A DNA stretch of 64,000 nt, from the NCBI GenBank assembly GCA_951406725.2, contig OX597815.1, positions 102,238,001 to 102,302,000 of the forward strand, written 5' to 3'. Made by a program: the position numbers and the translations under genes. The DNA comes from Octopus vulgaris. Its lineage: Eukaryota. The notes under the pieces are model-generated. The model was not told the origin of the DNA, did no database searches, and saw only the letters and a list, made by a program, of their open reading frames with translations. Shown here piece by piece: positions 63,745 through 64,000 of this stretch (position 1 is the first letter of the stretch; the number at the start of each line of letters is the position of its first letter).

Positions 63745-64000
63745 TCCGGACTTCAGACTCGGCAATGACATCCCGGTCTCACTCCATTTCCGCTCTACAG
63801 GCCATTCGCTACATCTGTCTGCGTTTCGACTGTCTTTGCACAGGGGCCATCTGGATCCTTACCTTCGACGTGAACAAGAATTAATCTCCTGTCTTTGCTT
63901 TTTTGCTCCATATGGACTAAACTCACCTCCTCTCTTCATCTGACACCAGCCTCACCTCCTATTTTCATTTGATACAAACTCATTCCACGCACACTAGCAC
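63745..64000 (+). mobile_element. Penelope-like GIY-YIG C-terminus plus start of the pLTR
   Basis: Manual translation gives DIPVSLHFRSTGHS...RREQELISCLCFFAPYGLN. Confidence 0.65.

Overview
This is a eukaryotic, AT-rich, gene-poor window made almost entirely of microsatellites and transposable elements. The repeat inventory suggests a coleoid cephalopod such as Octopus, which is an inference only. No host protein-coding gene is supported, and the long ORFs in the track are (TA)n, (CA)n and (TATG)n translation artefacts or transposon ORFs. The window holds (i) two near-identical CR1/L2-group LINE copies embedded in multi-kb (TA)n arrays next to a 100-N gap, (ii) a pile-up of R4/Dong-type RLE retrotransposons in (TAA)n tracts plus a second Dong-like group in (CATA)n tracts, and (iii) a truncated Ty3/gypsy element, Tc1, hAT and other MITEs, three tRNA-SINE groups and decayed Penelope-like elements. 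The most notable signal is a set of minimal type-I hammerhead ribozyme motifs with palindromic helix III (11308, 12136, 12483, 16573, 40720). Two of them sit in opposite polarity within a 266-bp inverted repeat. The LINE and the commonest SINE also share a 3' tail that carries a compensatory stem-loop.
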